Source: an uncultured Bacillales bacterium (GTDB lineage: Bacteria; Bacillota_I; Bacilli_A; RF39; UBA660). From it: a DNA stretch of 58,597 bases. The DNA lies in assembly GCA_947168965.1 (NCBI GenBank), contig CAMVNW010000001.1, positions 1 through 58,597 of the forward strand, written 5' to 3'. Shown piece after piece: positions 27,652-36,123 of this stretch. The translations under genes were made by a program, and so were the position numbers. The notes beneath the pieces were generated by a model. That model did not search any database, was not told the DNA's origin, and saw only the letters and a program-made list of their open reading frames with translations. Each line of letters opens with the position of its first letter. Position 1 is the stretch's first letter.

Positions 27652-27687
27652 TGTTTTTGTTCAAATTTAATATAATTTTTATCATAC

Positions 27688-27729
27688 AAAAAATAGTAAA
27701 GATTATTACTATTTTTTAATAAATTATTT
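27688..27729. repeat. 42-bp direct repeat, copy 2 (overlaps the lipoprotein gene stop codon)
   Basis: Identical to 26760-26801. Its last 6 nt cover the final Lys codon and the TAA of the 27724-28110 gene. Confidence 0.9.
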
Positions 27730-28110
27730 GCAACTTAAACCACTATTTTTTAAATTATTTATTAGTTCTTCTTTATTTTTACTTAATCCATATTGTTTTA
27801 ATTCTTCATCACTTAAGTTTTCTATATTATATACTTGTTTTAATACATATTTCATGTGTTTCTTTTTATATGTTGATTCGATATTTTCATTTGTTTTTGT
27901 ATAGTATATCATCATTGGTTCAAAGTTTTTAAATTCTTCTTTGGAATTAAATTTATATGTTTTAAATGTTTTAATGTCTGTTATAGTGTTTTCACTATAT
28001 TTTATTTTATATATTTCACTGATGTCGTCTTTTTTTGTTTTACATGTTATTGTGTTACCACATCCTGTTAATAGGAATAGTGTTAAAGATATTGTTATTA
28101 TTTTTTTCAT
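27724..28110 (-). CDS. small lipoprotein
   Basis: 128 aa. Signal peptide with lipobox LLTG/C (MKKIITISLTLFLLTGCG). Family uncertain (possibly DUF1307/YehR-like). Confidence 0.7.
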   Translation of the reverse strand: MKKIITISLTLFLLTGCGNTITCKTKKDDISEIYKIKYSENTITDIKTFKTYKFNSKEEFKNFEPMMIYYTKTNENIESTYKKKHMKYVLKQVYNIENLSDEELKQYGLSKNKEELINNLKNSGLSCK

Positions 28111-28120
28111 GATTCACCTG

Positions 28121-28486
28121 CTATTCTTCACATTCGTCTGTTATTTCGTAATTAAAATTATTGTTGTGATATGATAATTTTACTTTTTTTGTTGTGTCTA
28201 TGTTGTTTAGATTTTCATCTTTAAGTTTTGGATTTAAGTAATTTTCTTCTGTTAATGTCGCTATATTTATACAGTATGTCATTCCTTCTCTTTCTATATA
28301 ATTATTCTTATTGTCTTCATAGTAGTCTTTTGCTGCATCTATTATTAGTGTTTTGGTCCCTTCTTTTATACCTTCTTTTGCACTTTTTATTTGTTTTAAT
28401 AATGGTGGAAATGAGACTATAACAAGTGCTGCTAATAATACTATTACTCCTAATAATTCTATTAAAGTAAATCCCTTATTTTTCAT
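28121..28486 (-). CDS. type IV pilin / ComGC-like major pseudopilin
   Basis: 121 aa. MKNKG/FTLIELLGVIVLL prepilin motif with Glu+5. Two Cys (YCIN...DECEE) could form a D-region disulfide. Confidence 0.8.
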   Translation of the reverse strand: MKNKGFTLIELLGVIVLLAALVIVSFPPLLKQIKSAKEGIKEGTKTLIIDAAKDYYEDNKNNYIEREGMTYCINIATLTEENYLNPKLKDENLNNIDTTKKVKLSYHNNNFNYEITDECEE

Positions 28487-28497
28487 TTTTATCCTTT

Positions 28498-29022
28498 CTA
28501 ATTTAATAATAAATCACTTATTAAATTAAATAATTGTATTAATGTATCTACTATTAAATAAAAAATATCTTTTATTATATTTGTTTTTGATTTTTTATTA
28601 TCTATTTTTAGTATTGTTGTTTTTCCGTCTTTTATTTCTTCTACTATTGTGTTATATCTTTTATATTTTTTTATTAGTTCTTGTTTTAGGTCTTCATCTT
28701 TTATATTATATATATATAACATGTCTTTATTTATATATATACTGTCTTTTATAAATGTTTTTAGATACTTTCTTACTTCATCTATATTGCATAATATAAA
28801 GTCTACTTTTTTATATTTAAATACTTTTCTTAATTTTTTTATTCTTATTCTTTTTAATCTTTGTTTTTTTGTTTGTTTTTCATTTGTCCCTTTTGTATAT
28901 GAGTTTAATAAATTACAGTTTGTTACTAGATTGTTGTGTTCTAATATTTCTGATATTTTTTCATCTACTCCTATTCCTAGGACATTTCCACTAGTACACT
29001 TTGTTATATCATATATTTTCAT
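28498..29022 (-). CDS. hypothetical protein (Lys-rich, hydrophobic C-terminal helix)
   Basis: 174 aa. 4-nt ATGA overlap with the upstream tcdA-like gene. No family recognised. Confidence 0.55.
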   Translation of the reverse strand: MKIYDITKCTSGNVLGIGVDEKISEILEHNNLVTNCNLLNSYTKGTNEKQTKKQRLKRIRIKKLRKVFKYKKVDFILCNIDEVRKYLKTFIKDSIYINKDMLYIYNIKDEDLKQELIKKYKRYNTIVEEIKDGKTTILKIDNKKSKTNIIKDIFYLIVDTLIQLFNLISDLLLN

Positions 29023-29705
29023 AATTCACCTACTATATCATTTATTATGTAGCTTGTTAAAAGCATTCCTGCAGTAGCTGGGACGAATGCATTTGAACCT
29101 ATTGTCTTTACATTTGTTTTTATTGGTTTTTCTTTTGATGCGACTACTTTTATTTTTTTATTTATTTTTTCTTCTTTTACATATTTTCTTAATATTTTAG
29201 CAATTGGATCATATTCTGTTTTGTCTAGTGTTGTGATTTCTAATAGTTCTGGGTGGAATTTATTTCCTGTTCCCATACTTGATATAAATTTAATATTATT
29301 TTTTGTTGTGATTTTTATTAGTTCTTTTTTTATATCCATCGTGTCACACGCATCTATTACATAGTCGTATTCTTTGAAGTTAATTTCTTTTATATTTTCT
29401 TTTGTTAATATCTTTGTTATTTTTTTTATTTTAATATTTGGATTTATTTCTTTAGCTCTTTGTTCTGCAACGTCTGTTTTGTTTTTGTTTATTGTTGATA
29501 TTAGTGATAACACTTGTCTATTTAGGTTTGATTCTTCAAATGTGTCTCCATCTACTATTGTGATAGACTCTATTCCACTTCTAACTAATGATTCGAATGT
29601 GTATCCACCTACTCCTCCTAGTCCTATTAGAAGTATGTTTTTTTCTTTTATTTTTTCTATTATTTCTTTTGATGTTATTAGTTCTAGTCTACTTAAGTTT
29701 TGCAT
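29019..29705 (-). CDS. tcdA: ThiF/HesA-family tRNA threonylcarbamoyladenosine dehydratase (TcdA-like)
   Basis: LLIGLGGVGGYTFESLVRSGIESITIVDGDTFEESNLNRQ Rossmann/E1-like motif. Start placed at the ATG after GGTGG (the track start at 29780 is an N-terminal extension). Confidence 0.8.
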   Translation of the reverse strand: MQNLSRLELITSKEIIEKIKEKNILLIGLGGVGGYTFESLVRSGIESITIVDGDTFEESNLNRQVLSLISTINKNKTDVAEQRAKEINPNIKIKKITKILTKENIKEINFKEYDYVIDACDTMDIKKELIKITTKNNIKFISSMGTGNKFHPELLEITTLDKTEYDPIAKILRKYVKEEKINKKIKVVASKEKPIKTNVKTIGSNAFVPATAGMLLTSYIINDIVGEL

Positions 29706-29965
29706 ATTACCACCTATAGTAATTTTATCAAAGATAGTGGTTTTTTTCAATATAATTATTCTTTTTAATTTTTTTTGCAATTTATGTTTTGTTTAAAATC
29801 TGTGTCATTTTTATATACCTATTTTCATTTTTGTCTATGAAGATTTTAATTTTTTTCATGTTTTTTTAGGAGTTTTTGAAAAAGGCTCATTTGCACTAGA
29901 ATATCCTTTTTTGATATGGTTTTTCTGAGCAATTTTTGTATTTGCGTTTTGAAAGGAGTTTTGAT

Positions 29966-30370
29966 ATGTGTAAATTAGGTGATATTATAGTTGTAAATAA
30001 ATATATTGGTGAAGGCGGTGGAATTGTTAATGAGCACTCATTTGTTGTTATTGATGATGAAAAGGGAGTTATTTCAGGGTTAGATTATGATATGGTTGCT
30101 GCTGCTATCTCTAGTTTTAAAAACAAAAAGCATAAAATTAAAAAATTAAAATATAAAGAAAATATGGAACTACCAATTGATTCAATGAATCAAAAAAATT
30201 TAAAGAAGGATTCATATATAAAGGCGGATCAAGCTCATTATTTTAACAAAAGTAAAATAGATTTCTATGTTCTAGGAAAGTTGAAACAAAAATACATAAA
30301 TGATTTATTGTATTTAATAATTAATTTGGAATTAGACAAAAAAATCAAAATTATTACTAGTAATTTATAG
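29966..30370 (+). CDS. divergent MazF/PemK-fold protein (putative toxin)
   Basis: 134 aa from the ATG after AAAGGAG. GDIIVVNKY...NEHSFVVIDD...AAAISS...DSYIKADQAHYFNKSKI follows the MazF/EndoA pattern. Confidence 0.6.
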   Translation: MCKLGDIIVVNKYIGEGGGIVNEHSFVVIDDEKGVISGLDYDMVAAAISSFKNKKHKIKKLKYKENMELPIDSMNQKNLKKDSYIKADQAHYFNKSKIDFYVLGKLKQKYINDLLYLIINLELDKKIKIITSNL

Positions 30371-30377
30371 TCTATAA

Positions 30378-30406
30378 TTGACAAATCTATTTTTAATACG
30401 TATAAT
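30378..30406 (+). promoter_or_regulatory. consensus sigma-A promoter for the 55-aa ORF
   Basis: TTGACA - 17 nt - TATAAT, starting 7 nt after the preceding stop codon. Confidence 0.6.
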
Positions 30407-30447
30407 TTTAATTAATTATATGTTATTTTTATTTAAGGAGTGATTTG

Positions 30448-30615
30448 ATGGATAATAATATTAAAAAGCTTCCTAAAGGATTCTTTTCAGTAGCTAGAGA
30501 AGTAATCACTGCGGATGATGCCTTAAAGGATGTTATTCCTATTGATTGGGATTATGCGTTGAAAGATTGGGCTGATGATGAATCACAAGCAATCGAATTA
30601 GTCAAAAATGACTAA
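30448..30615 (+). CDS. small acidic protein (55 aa), candidate antitoxin
   Basis: AAGGAG SD 7 nt before the ATG. MDNNIKKLPKGFFSVAREVITADDALKDVIPIDWDYALKDWADDESQAIELVKND. Below the track length cutoff. Confidence 0.5.
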   Translation: MDNNIKKLPKGFFSVAREVITADDALKDVIPIDWDYALKDWADDESQAIELVKND

Positions 30616-30617
30616 TT

Positions 30618-30648
30618 TTTTTATAATAAAAAGTGGATTTCTCCACTT
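30618..30648. terminator. bidirectional terminator (proS and the small ORF)
   Basis: AAGTGGA-tttc-TCCACTT with an A-run on one side (T-run on the minus strand). Confidence 0.65.
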
Positions 30649-32074
30649 AATATTGTATACCCCATATTACATGATGTTTTGCATCACGCCCACAACATAC
30701 ACATTTTGTATCTATTGCTGGTTCATCTGTAATACATCTTGATTTGCAGCCTTTTATTTCTTTTATTTTTAATTCACATTCTTCGTCACCACACCACATT
30801 GCGTGAATGAATCCTGGTTGAGTATTTAGTATATTTTCTATATCACTCATATTATGTGCTTCGAATGTTAATTCATTTCTTCTTTTTAAGGCTCTTTCAT
30901 ACATATCTTTTTGTATTGTTTCTAATAGATTTTTTGTATATTCAACTATATTTATATCTTTATTTTCTGTTAGTTTTTCTCTTGTATCACGACGTGCGAA
31001 TGTTATTTTATTTTGTTCTAAGTCACGCGCTCCTATTTCTATTCTTACTGGTATTCCGTTTACTTCTGCTTCTGCAAATTTATATCCTGGTGATTTTTCT
31101 GAATTATCTATATAAGATGTTATATTATTTTCTAATAATTCTTTGTTTATTTTATTTGAAAGATTTATTACTTCATCACTTGTTCCAATTGGTACAATAA
31201 CTACTTGTTTTGGCGCTATTCTTGGAGGTAACACTAGTCCATAGTCATCGCTATGTACCATTATAAGTGCTCCTATCATTCTTGTTGTTGTTCCCCAAGA
31301 TGTTTGATATACATATTCTTCTTTATTATCTTTATTAGTAAATTTTACATCATATGCTTTAGAAAATTTTTGACCAAAGTAATGTGATGTACTTGATTGA
31401 AGTGCCACACCATTATACATTAATGCTTCATTAGTTAATGTATATTCTGCTCCTGCAAATTTTTCTTTTTCTGTTTTTCTTCCTTTTATTGATGGTATAG
31501 CTAAAATATCATTAAAGAAATTATAGTAAACTTCCAACATTTGATTTGTTTCTTGTTTTGCTTCTTCTTCACTTGCATGTATTGTATGTCCTTCTTGCCA
31601 CAAGAATTCTCTTGATCTTAAGAATGGTCTTGTTTCTTTTTCCCAACGTAGTACATTACACCATTGATTATAAAGTTTTGGTAAATCTCTATGTGACTTT
31701 ACATGATTTTTATAATAATCGCAGAATAATGTTTCACTTGTTGGTCTAATACATAATCTTTCTTCTAATTCTTTTTGTCCACCTTGAGTTACCCAAGCAA
31801 CTTCTGGTGCGAAGCCTTCTACTAAATCTTTTTCTTTATTTAATAAGTTTTCTGGAATTAACAATGGCATCTGACAGTTTACGTGTCCAAGCTTTTTAAA
31901 TTCTTTATCTAATATTTCTTGCATACGCTCCCATATTGCATATCCATTTGGTTCTATAGCTATACATCCTTTTACTGATGTATAGTCAGCAAGATTAGCA
32001 GCACGTACTATGTCTGTATACCATTTAGCAAAATCAACATCTCTACTTGTTATTTTATTGTTTTGTTTTTCCAT
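30647..32074 (-). CDS. proS: proline--tRNA ligase (archaeal/eukaryote-like type)
   Basis: 475 aa. FAKWYTDI..., class II motifs, C-terminal zinc-binding domain ending in ...WGIQY. Confidence 0.95.
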   Translation of the reverse strand: MEKQNNKITSRDVDFAKWYTDIVRAANLADYTSVKGCIAIEPNGYAIWERMQEILDKEFKKLGHVNCQMPLLIPENLLNKEKDLVEGFAPEVAWVTQGGQKELEERLCIRPTSETLFCDYYKNHVKSHRDLPKLYNQWCNVLRWEKETRPFLRSREFLWQEGHTIHASEEEAKQETNQMLEVYYNFFNDILAIPSIKGRKTEKEKFAGAEYTLTNEALMYNGVALQSSTSHYFGQKFSKAYDVKFTNKDNKEEYVYQTSWGTTTRMIGALIMVHSDDYGLVLPPRIAPKQVVIVPIGTSDEVINLSNKINKELLENNITSYIDNSEKSPGYKFAEAEVNGIPVRIEIGARDLEQNKITFARRDTREKLTENKDINIVEYTKNLLETIQKDMYERALKRRNELTFEAHNMSDIENILNTQPGFIHAMWCGDEECELKIKEIKGCKSRCITDEPAIDTKCVCCGRDAKHHVIWGIQY

Positions 32075-32123
32075 TTAAAACACCTCTTTTTAATTATACT
32101 AAAAAAAAGGCAATTAACCAAGA

Positions 32124-32891
32124 TTAAATTGCTTTCTTTTTTACTTTTTCTTTTTCTAAATCAATATTTATTCGACTATTTATTTTAGGAGTTAGTTGTT
32201 CTTTTATTTGTTTTGAAATATCTGATTGTGTTTTTCTGATAATAGGATGCATTAGTCCATCATATGATTGATGTTGTCTTTCTTCTATATATGGCATTCC
32301 ATATTTTTTTATAAGATATGAATTGTTAGAATTTAATTCTTCTTTTTCTGTTTCATAATACTCTGATACTTTTTCATAATCTAATTTATTTGTCTTATAT
32401 TTTGTTTTCAAGTTTAATAAGTATACTCCATATAGTGTAAAAAGATTTCTTTCTTGGAATTCTTTTTTAGGTATTTCTATATCTAATTCTTCATTTATAA
32501 AATGCATTTTATTTGATTTACCTTTTAGTGCAATTCCAATTGCTCCTATTTTTTCATTATTTAATTCTTCGTTATGATACGCTGCTGGCGCAAAGTTATT
32601 GTTTACGTTTATGTCATTTTTATTTTGTAATTTTTTTTCAATGTACATTGCATCTATTACTTTTTTATCGTCATCCTTTCCTACATATAGACTCTTTATT
32701 ACCGATACTTTATATAGGCTTGGTTTTTGATTTGTATTATCTATTCTTTCATAGAATGCAGTTATTACTTTTTTATCCTTTGTTGCAACTACTTGTCCTA
32801 ATTCATTAAAGTAAAATCCTTTTGTTTTTCCTTCAAAATATTCGAATCTCTTGTCTAAATAATCTTTCATCTTTTGATAATTTAATGTCAT
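32124..32891 (-). CDS. hypothetical protein
   Basis: 255 aa from the ATG after GGGAGAG. No recognisable motif. Confidence 0.55.
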   Translation of the reverse strand: MTLNYQKMKDYLDKRFEYFEGKTKGFYFNELGQVVATKDKKVITAFYERIDNTNQKPSLYKVSVIKSLYVGKDDDKKVIDAMYIEKKLQNKNDINVNNNFAPAAYHNEELNNEKIGAIGIALKGKSNKMHFINEELDIEIPKKEFQERNLFTLYGVYLLNLKTKYKTNKLDYEKVSEYYETEKEELNSNNSYLIKKYGMPYIEERQHQSYDGLMHPIIRKTQSDISKQIKEQLTPKINSRINIDLEKEKVKKKAI

Positions 32892-32953
32892 TTTTATTCT
32901 CTCCCTTTTTTTTATGAGCGCATAGTTTAACACATATTTTTTATGTTGTCAAG

Positions 32954-33129
32954 TTATTCTTTATTATAAATTACCATTGCTGAGAAACAATATATTTGTT
33001 CTTCTGAGAATATGCTTACTCCTACTTGATATTTAATGTCTATTACGTCACCATCTAGTTCACTTAAAAATTTATTAACTGATGCTTCTAAGTCAAGTTC
33101 ATGCATTTCATCAAATATTTTTACTTTCA
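32954..33129 (-). pseudogene. cse60: cse60-like sporulation gene with an apparent 1-nt deletion near the 5' end
   Basis: AGGTGA SD plus ATG AAA GTA AAA, then the frame shifts. The downstream frame reads IFDEMHELDLEASVNKFLSELDGDVIDIKYQVGVSIFSEEQIYCFSAMVIYNKE, which matches Cse60/YteV. The span is 176 nt (3n-1). Confidence 0.5.
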
Positions 33130-33182
33130 TAAAAAATCACCTATTTTATTATAGATGATTTTCTATGTTTTTTTTGTCGAAT

Positions 33183-33815
33183 TTATTCTTTAAGATCTTT
33201 TCTCATTTGTTTATAATTAGGGGTGTACTTTGATACTTGTTCCCAAAATTCTTTTGAATGATTAAAATGTATAAAGTGTGATAATTCATGTATTATTACG
33301 TAATCTAGTTTATCTATTTCATACTCTATTAGTTTAGTATTTAGTGTTACTGAATTATCTCTAATGTTACAAACTCCCCATCTTGAACTCATTGTTCTTA
33401 TTTTTAATTTTGGATATGGTATTTTTTCATTATATCTATTATAGTTATAGTCCAGTCTTTCTTTGAATATTCTTTTTATTTCATTTTTTAACCATTTATT
33501 TAGGTATTCTTCTGATGGTACAAATATTGCGTCGTCTAAAAATTTTATTTCATCTACTTCATCTATAAATACTTCATAACTATTTCCTAGATAATAAAAG
33601 AAGTCTTTCTTTTTATTTTGTTTTACTTGTGAGTTTATCATTTTTTTTATTGCGTCTATATTATTATCTAATAAGTTTTTTATACTTGTTTTAGATGTGA
33701 AGTGATTTGTTGTTACATATATTTTCAAATCTTCTTTTACTCTTAAATATGTATTTTTATTATTTTTTTTGATTATTACTACTTCATATTCTTTATTGTC
33801 AATTATATATTTCAT
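33183..33815 (-). CDS. YgjP-like M48-family metallopeptidase (DUF45)
   Basis: HELSHFIHFNHSKEFW zinc motif near the C-terminus. Confidence 0.8.
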   Translation of the reverse strand: MKYIIDNKEYEVVIIKKNNKNTYLRVKEDLKIYVTTNHFTSKTSIKNLLDNNIDAIKKMINSQVKQNKKKDFFYYLGNSYEVFIDEVDEIKFLDDAIFVPSEEYLNKWLKNEIKRIFKERLDYNYNRYNEKIPYPKLKIRTMSSRWGVCNIRDNSVTLNTKLIEYEIDKLDYVIIHELSHFIHFNHSKEFWEQVSKYTPNYKQMRKDLKE

Positions 33816-36115
33816 ATTCTTTTCCTTATTTTTATTTTATATATGTATTTTTCAAATATTTTTGTGATTATACTAAAGAATAAGTATGAGAATAATCCTA
33901 GTATCAAATACATTGCGGTTAGTTCTCTATTTATTATTGATAATGAGAATAGTTTTTCAAAGCCGAATACTGCAATTAAGAATGATGTAATCATCGTAAT
34001 TAATAGTACTCTTCTTACTAAGTTTAATGGATATGATATTCTATATATATGCATAAATCCTGTTGTTGCTAGAAGGAGTACTGCTAATGTTGAAATATCT
34101 TGATTTGATATATTTGTTATTTCTGCAGTTATTAGTATTAGTATAACGTTAAAAATAATAGTAATTGCAGTTGGGAATGCTACGCTTGTTACATTCATTA
34201 AGAAATTTCCTTTTACTCTTTCATTATTATCTTCTAGGGCTAAGATAAATGCTGGTATCCCTATTGTAAATACACTTGTAAGTGTTAATTGGATTGGTAT
34301 GAATGGATATGATCTATCGACAAACATAAATAGTGTTAGAAGTAGTAATGCATATAATGTTTTTGTTATAAATAATGATGCTGATCTTTCTATATTATTT
34401 ATTGTTCTTCTTCCTTCTTTTACTATTTTAGGTATTGAGTTAAAATTTGAATCCATTAGAACTAGTTGCGACACGTTTCTTGCTGCTTCTGTTCCTGATG
34501 CTACTGCTATTGCGCAATCTGCCTGTTTAAGTGCAAGTACGTCGTTTACTCCATCTCCTGTCATTGCAACAGTGTGTTTATGTTCTTGAAGTGAGTTAAC
34601 TAGTATTTTTTTTCCATATGGTGTTACTCTTCCAAAAATATTATATTTTGTAGCTGCTTCTTTTAATTCTTCTTCACTTAAATTTGTTGTATCTATATAT
34701 TTATCCCAAAATGAAAGATTTAATTTTTTTGCTATTTTTGAAACTGTTTTAGGATTATCTCCTGATATTATTTTTACTTCTACGTCATTTTCTTCAAAGA
34801 AATTGATTGTATCTTTTGCTTCTTCTCTTATTATATCGTCTATTAAAAATATACCAAGTGGTTCTATATTTTTTGGTAATTCTTGATTTATAAATTTTTC
34901 GTTTGAATGTGCTAATAATATTACTCTGCTTTCACTTTCGTATTGTTCTATTTCATCTAGTATTTTTTTATCTTTTGTTATCATTTCTGGTGCACCAATT
35001 ATATAGGAACCAATATTTTCAAATGTTAATCCTGACCATTTTTTTTCTGATTTAAATGGTATTGTTTCTAATACTTTATAGTTATTCTTTTTTCCATATT
35101 TATCTATTAAGGCGTTCATTGTTGCGTTGTGATTATCTAAATTGTAGCAAATTTCTTTTATTATATCTTCTATGTTTTTTTTATTAAATGATACATACTT
35201 TGTTACTTGCATTTTTCCTTTTGTAAGTGTTCCTGTTTTGTCAAAGCATATCGTATCTACTCGTGCTAGGTTTTCTATACAATACATTTCTTGTATTAAT
35301 ACATTGTATTTTGATAGTTTTATTACGCTTATAGCCATAACTGTACTTGTTAGAAGCATTAATCCATCTGGTATTATTGCGATTAATGCTGCTACTGTAT
35401 TAACTATACTTTTGTCTATTTGATTTGATACATTCATCTGTTTCATAAAAAATAATATTCCGATTGGTATTATTATGTATGAGATTAGTTTTATTATTTT
35501 TTTTAATGATTTCATTATTTCTGATCCTATTGGTTTAATGTATTTCGCATCTTTTGAAATCTTATATGTATAGTTTTCCTCACCTACGTGCACTACTTGT
35601 GCTAATGCTTGTCCACTAACTACATAGCTTCCAGATAATAATTCGTCACCTTTTGTTTTTGTTATAGGGTTTATTTCTCCTGTTATTAGTGCTTCATTTA
35701 CTTCTATTTTTCCTTCTTTTATAACTGAGTCTGTTACTATCTGATTTCCTGTTTCTAGTACTAGTATGTCATCTATAACTATCTCGTTTATTTCTATATC
35801 TTGTTGTTTGTCGTTTCTTAATACTTTTGCTTTTACTGCTGCTATTAAAGATAGGTTGTCTATTATTTTTTTACTCCTTAGTTCTTGTATTATTCCTATA
35901 AATGTATTACAAAATATTGTTCCTAAGAATAATAGATTTTTATATGCTCCTGCGATTAATATTAGATATGCTAAAAAAAGATTTAGGAAATTAAATAATG
36001 TACATATATTTGTCCTAAATATTTCTTTTACACTTTTTGTTTTTATTGTTGTATTATAGTTTACTTGCCCTTTTTTTATTCTCTCTTCTATTTGTTTTGT
36101 TGTAAGTCCTGTCAT
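33812..36115 (-). CDS. cation-translocating P-type ATPase (HAD superfamily)
   Basis: 767 aa. TGE-like actuator, DKTGTLT phosphorylation site, TGDGVNDVLALKQADCAIAV hinge. Confidence 0.9.
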   Translation of the reverse strand: MTGLTTKQIEERIKKGQVNYNTTIKTKSVKEIFRTNICTLFNFLNLFLAYLILIAGAYKNLLFLGTIFCNTFIGIIQELRSKKIIDNLSLIAAVKAKVLRNDKQQDIEINEIVIDDILVLETGNQIVTDSVIKEGKIEVNEALITGEINPITKTKGDELLSGSYVVSGQALAQVVHVGEENYTYKISKDAKYIKPIGSEIMKSLKKIIKLISYIIIPIGILFFMKQMNVSNQIDKSIVNTVAALIAIIPDGLMLLTSTVMAISVIKLSKYNVLIQEMYCIENLARVDTICFDKTGTLTKGKMQVTKYVSFNKKNIEDIIKEICYNLDNHNATMNALIDKYGKKNNYKVLETIPFKSEKKWSGLTFENIGSYIIGAPEMITKDKKILDEIEQYESESRVILLAHSNEKFINQELPKNIEPLGIFLIDDIIREEAKDTINFFEENDVEVKIISGDNPKTVSKIAKKLNLSFWDKYIDTTNLSEEELKEAATKYNIFGRVTPYGKKILVNSLQEHKHTVAMTGDGVNDVLALKQADCAIAVASGTEAARNVSQLVLMDSNFNSIPKIVKEGRRTINNIERSASLFITKTLYALLLLTLFMFVDRSYPFIPIQLTLTSVFTIGIPAFILALEDNNERVKGNFLMNVTSVAFPTAITIIFNVILILITAEITNISNQDISTLAVLLLATTGFMHIYRISYPLNLVRRVLLITMITSFLIAVFGFEKLFSLSIINRELTAMYLILGLFSYLFFSIITKIFEKYIYKIKIRKRI

Positions 36116-36123
36116 TGTTTCAC

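Noticed and set aside
26760-27729. Possibility that the 42-bp repeats are a CRISPR array
   Set aside because: There are only two copies, separated by 886 bp that encode a gene with its own promoter. There is no regular spacing and there are no cas genes.
29706-29780. N-terminal extensions in the ORF track (for example 29780, 37204, 38434, 40764, 43256, 6292, 3565, 17914, 37119, 52973, 58558 starts)
   Set aside because: In each case an internal ATG has a much better SD and spacing and matches the conserved N-terminus of the family. Several of the extended starts I checked are TTG codons with no SD.
29781-29935. 25-codon minus-strand ORF (MKKIKIFIDKNENRYIKMTQILNKT) in the tcdA/MazF-like divergent intergenic region
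   Set aside because: No SD, and AT-rich sequence yields such ORFs by chance. The region is better explained as divergent promoters.
32075-32123. T-box or other leader upstream of proS
   Set aside because: Only 49 nt separate proS from the upstream gene, and there is no T-box sequence or terminator.
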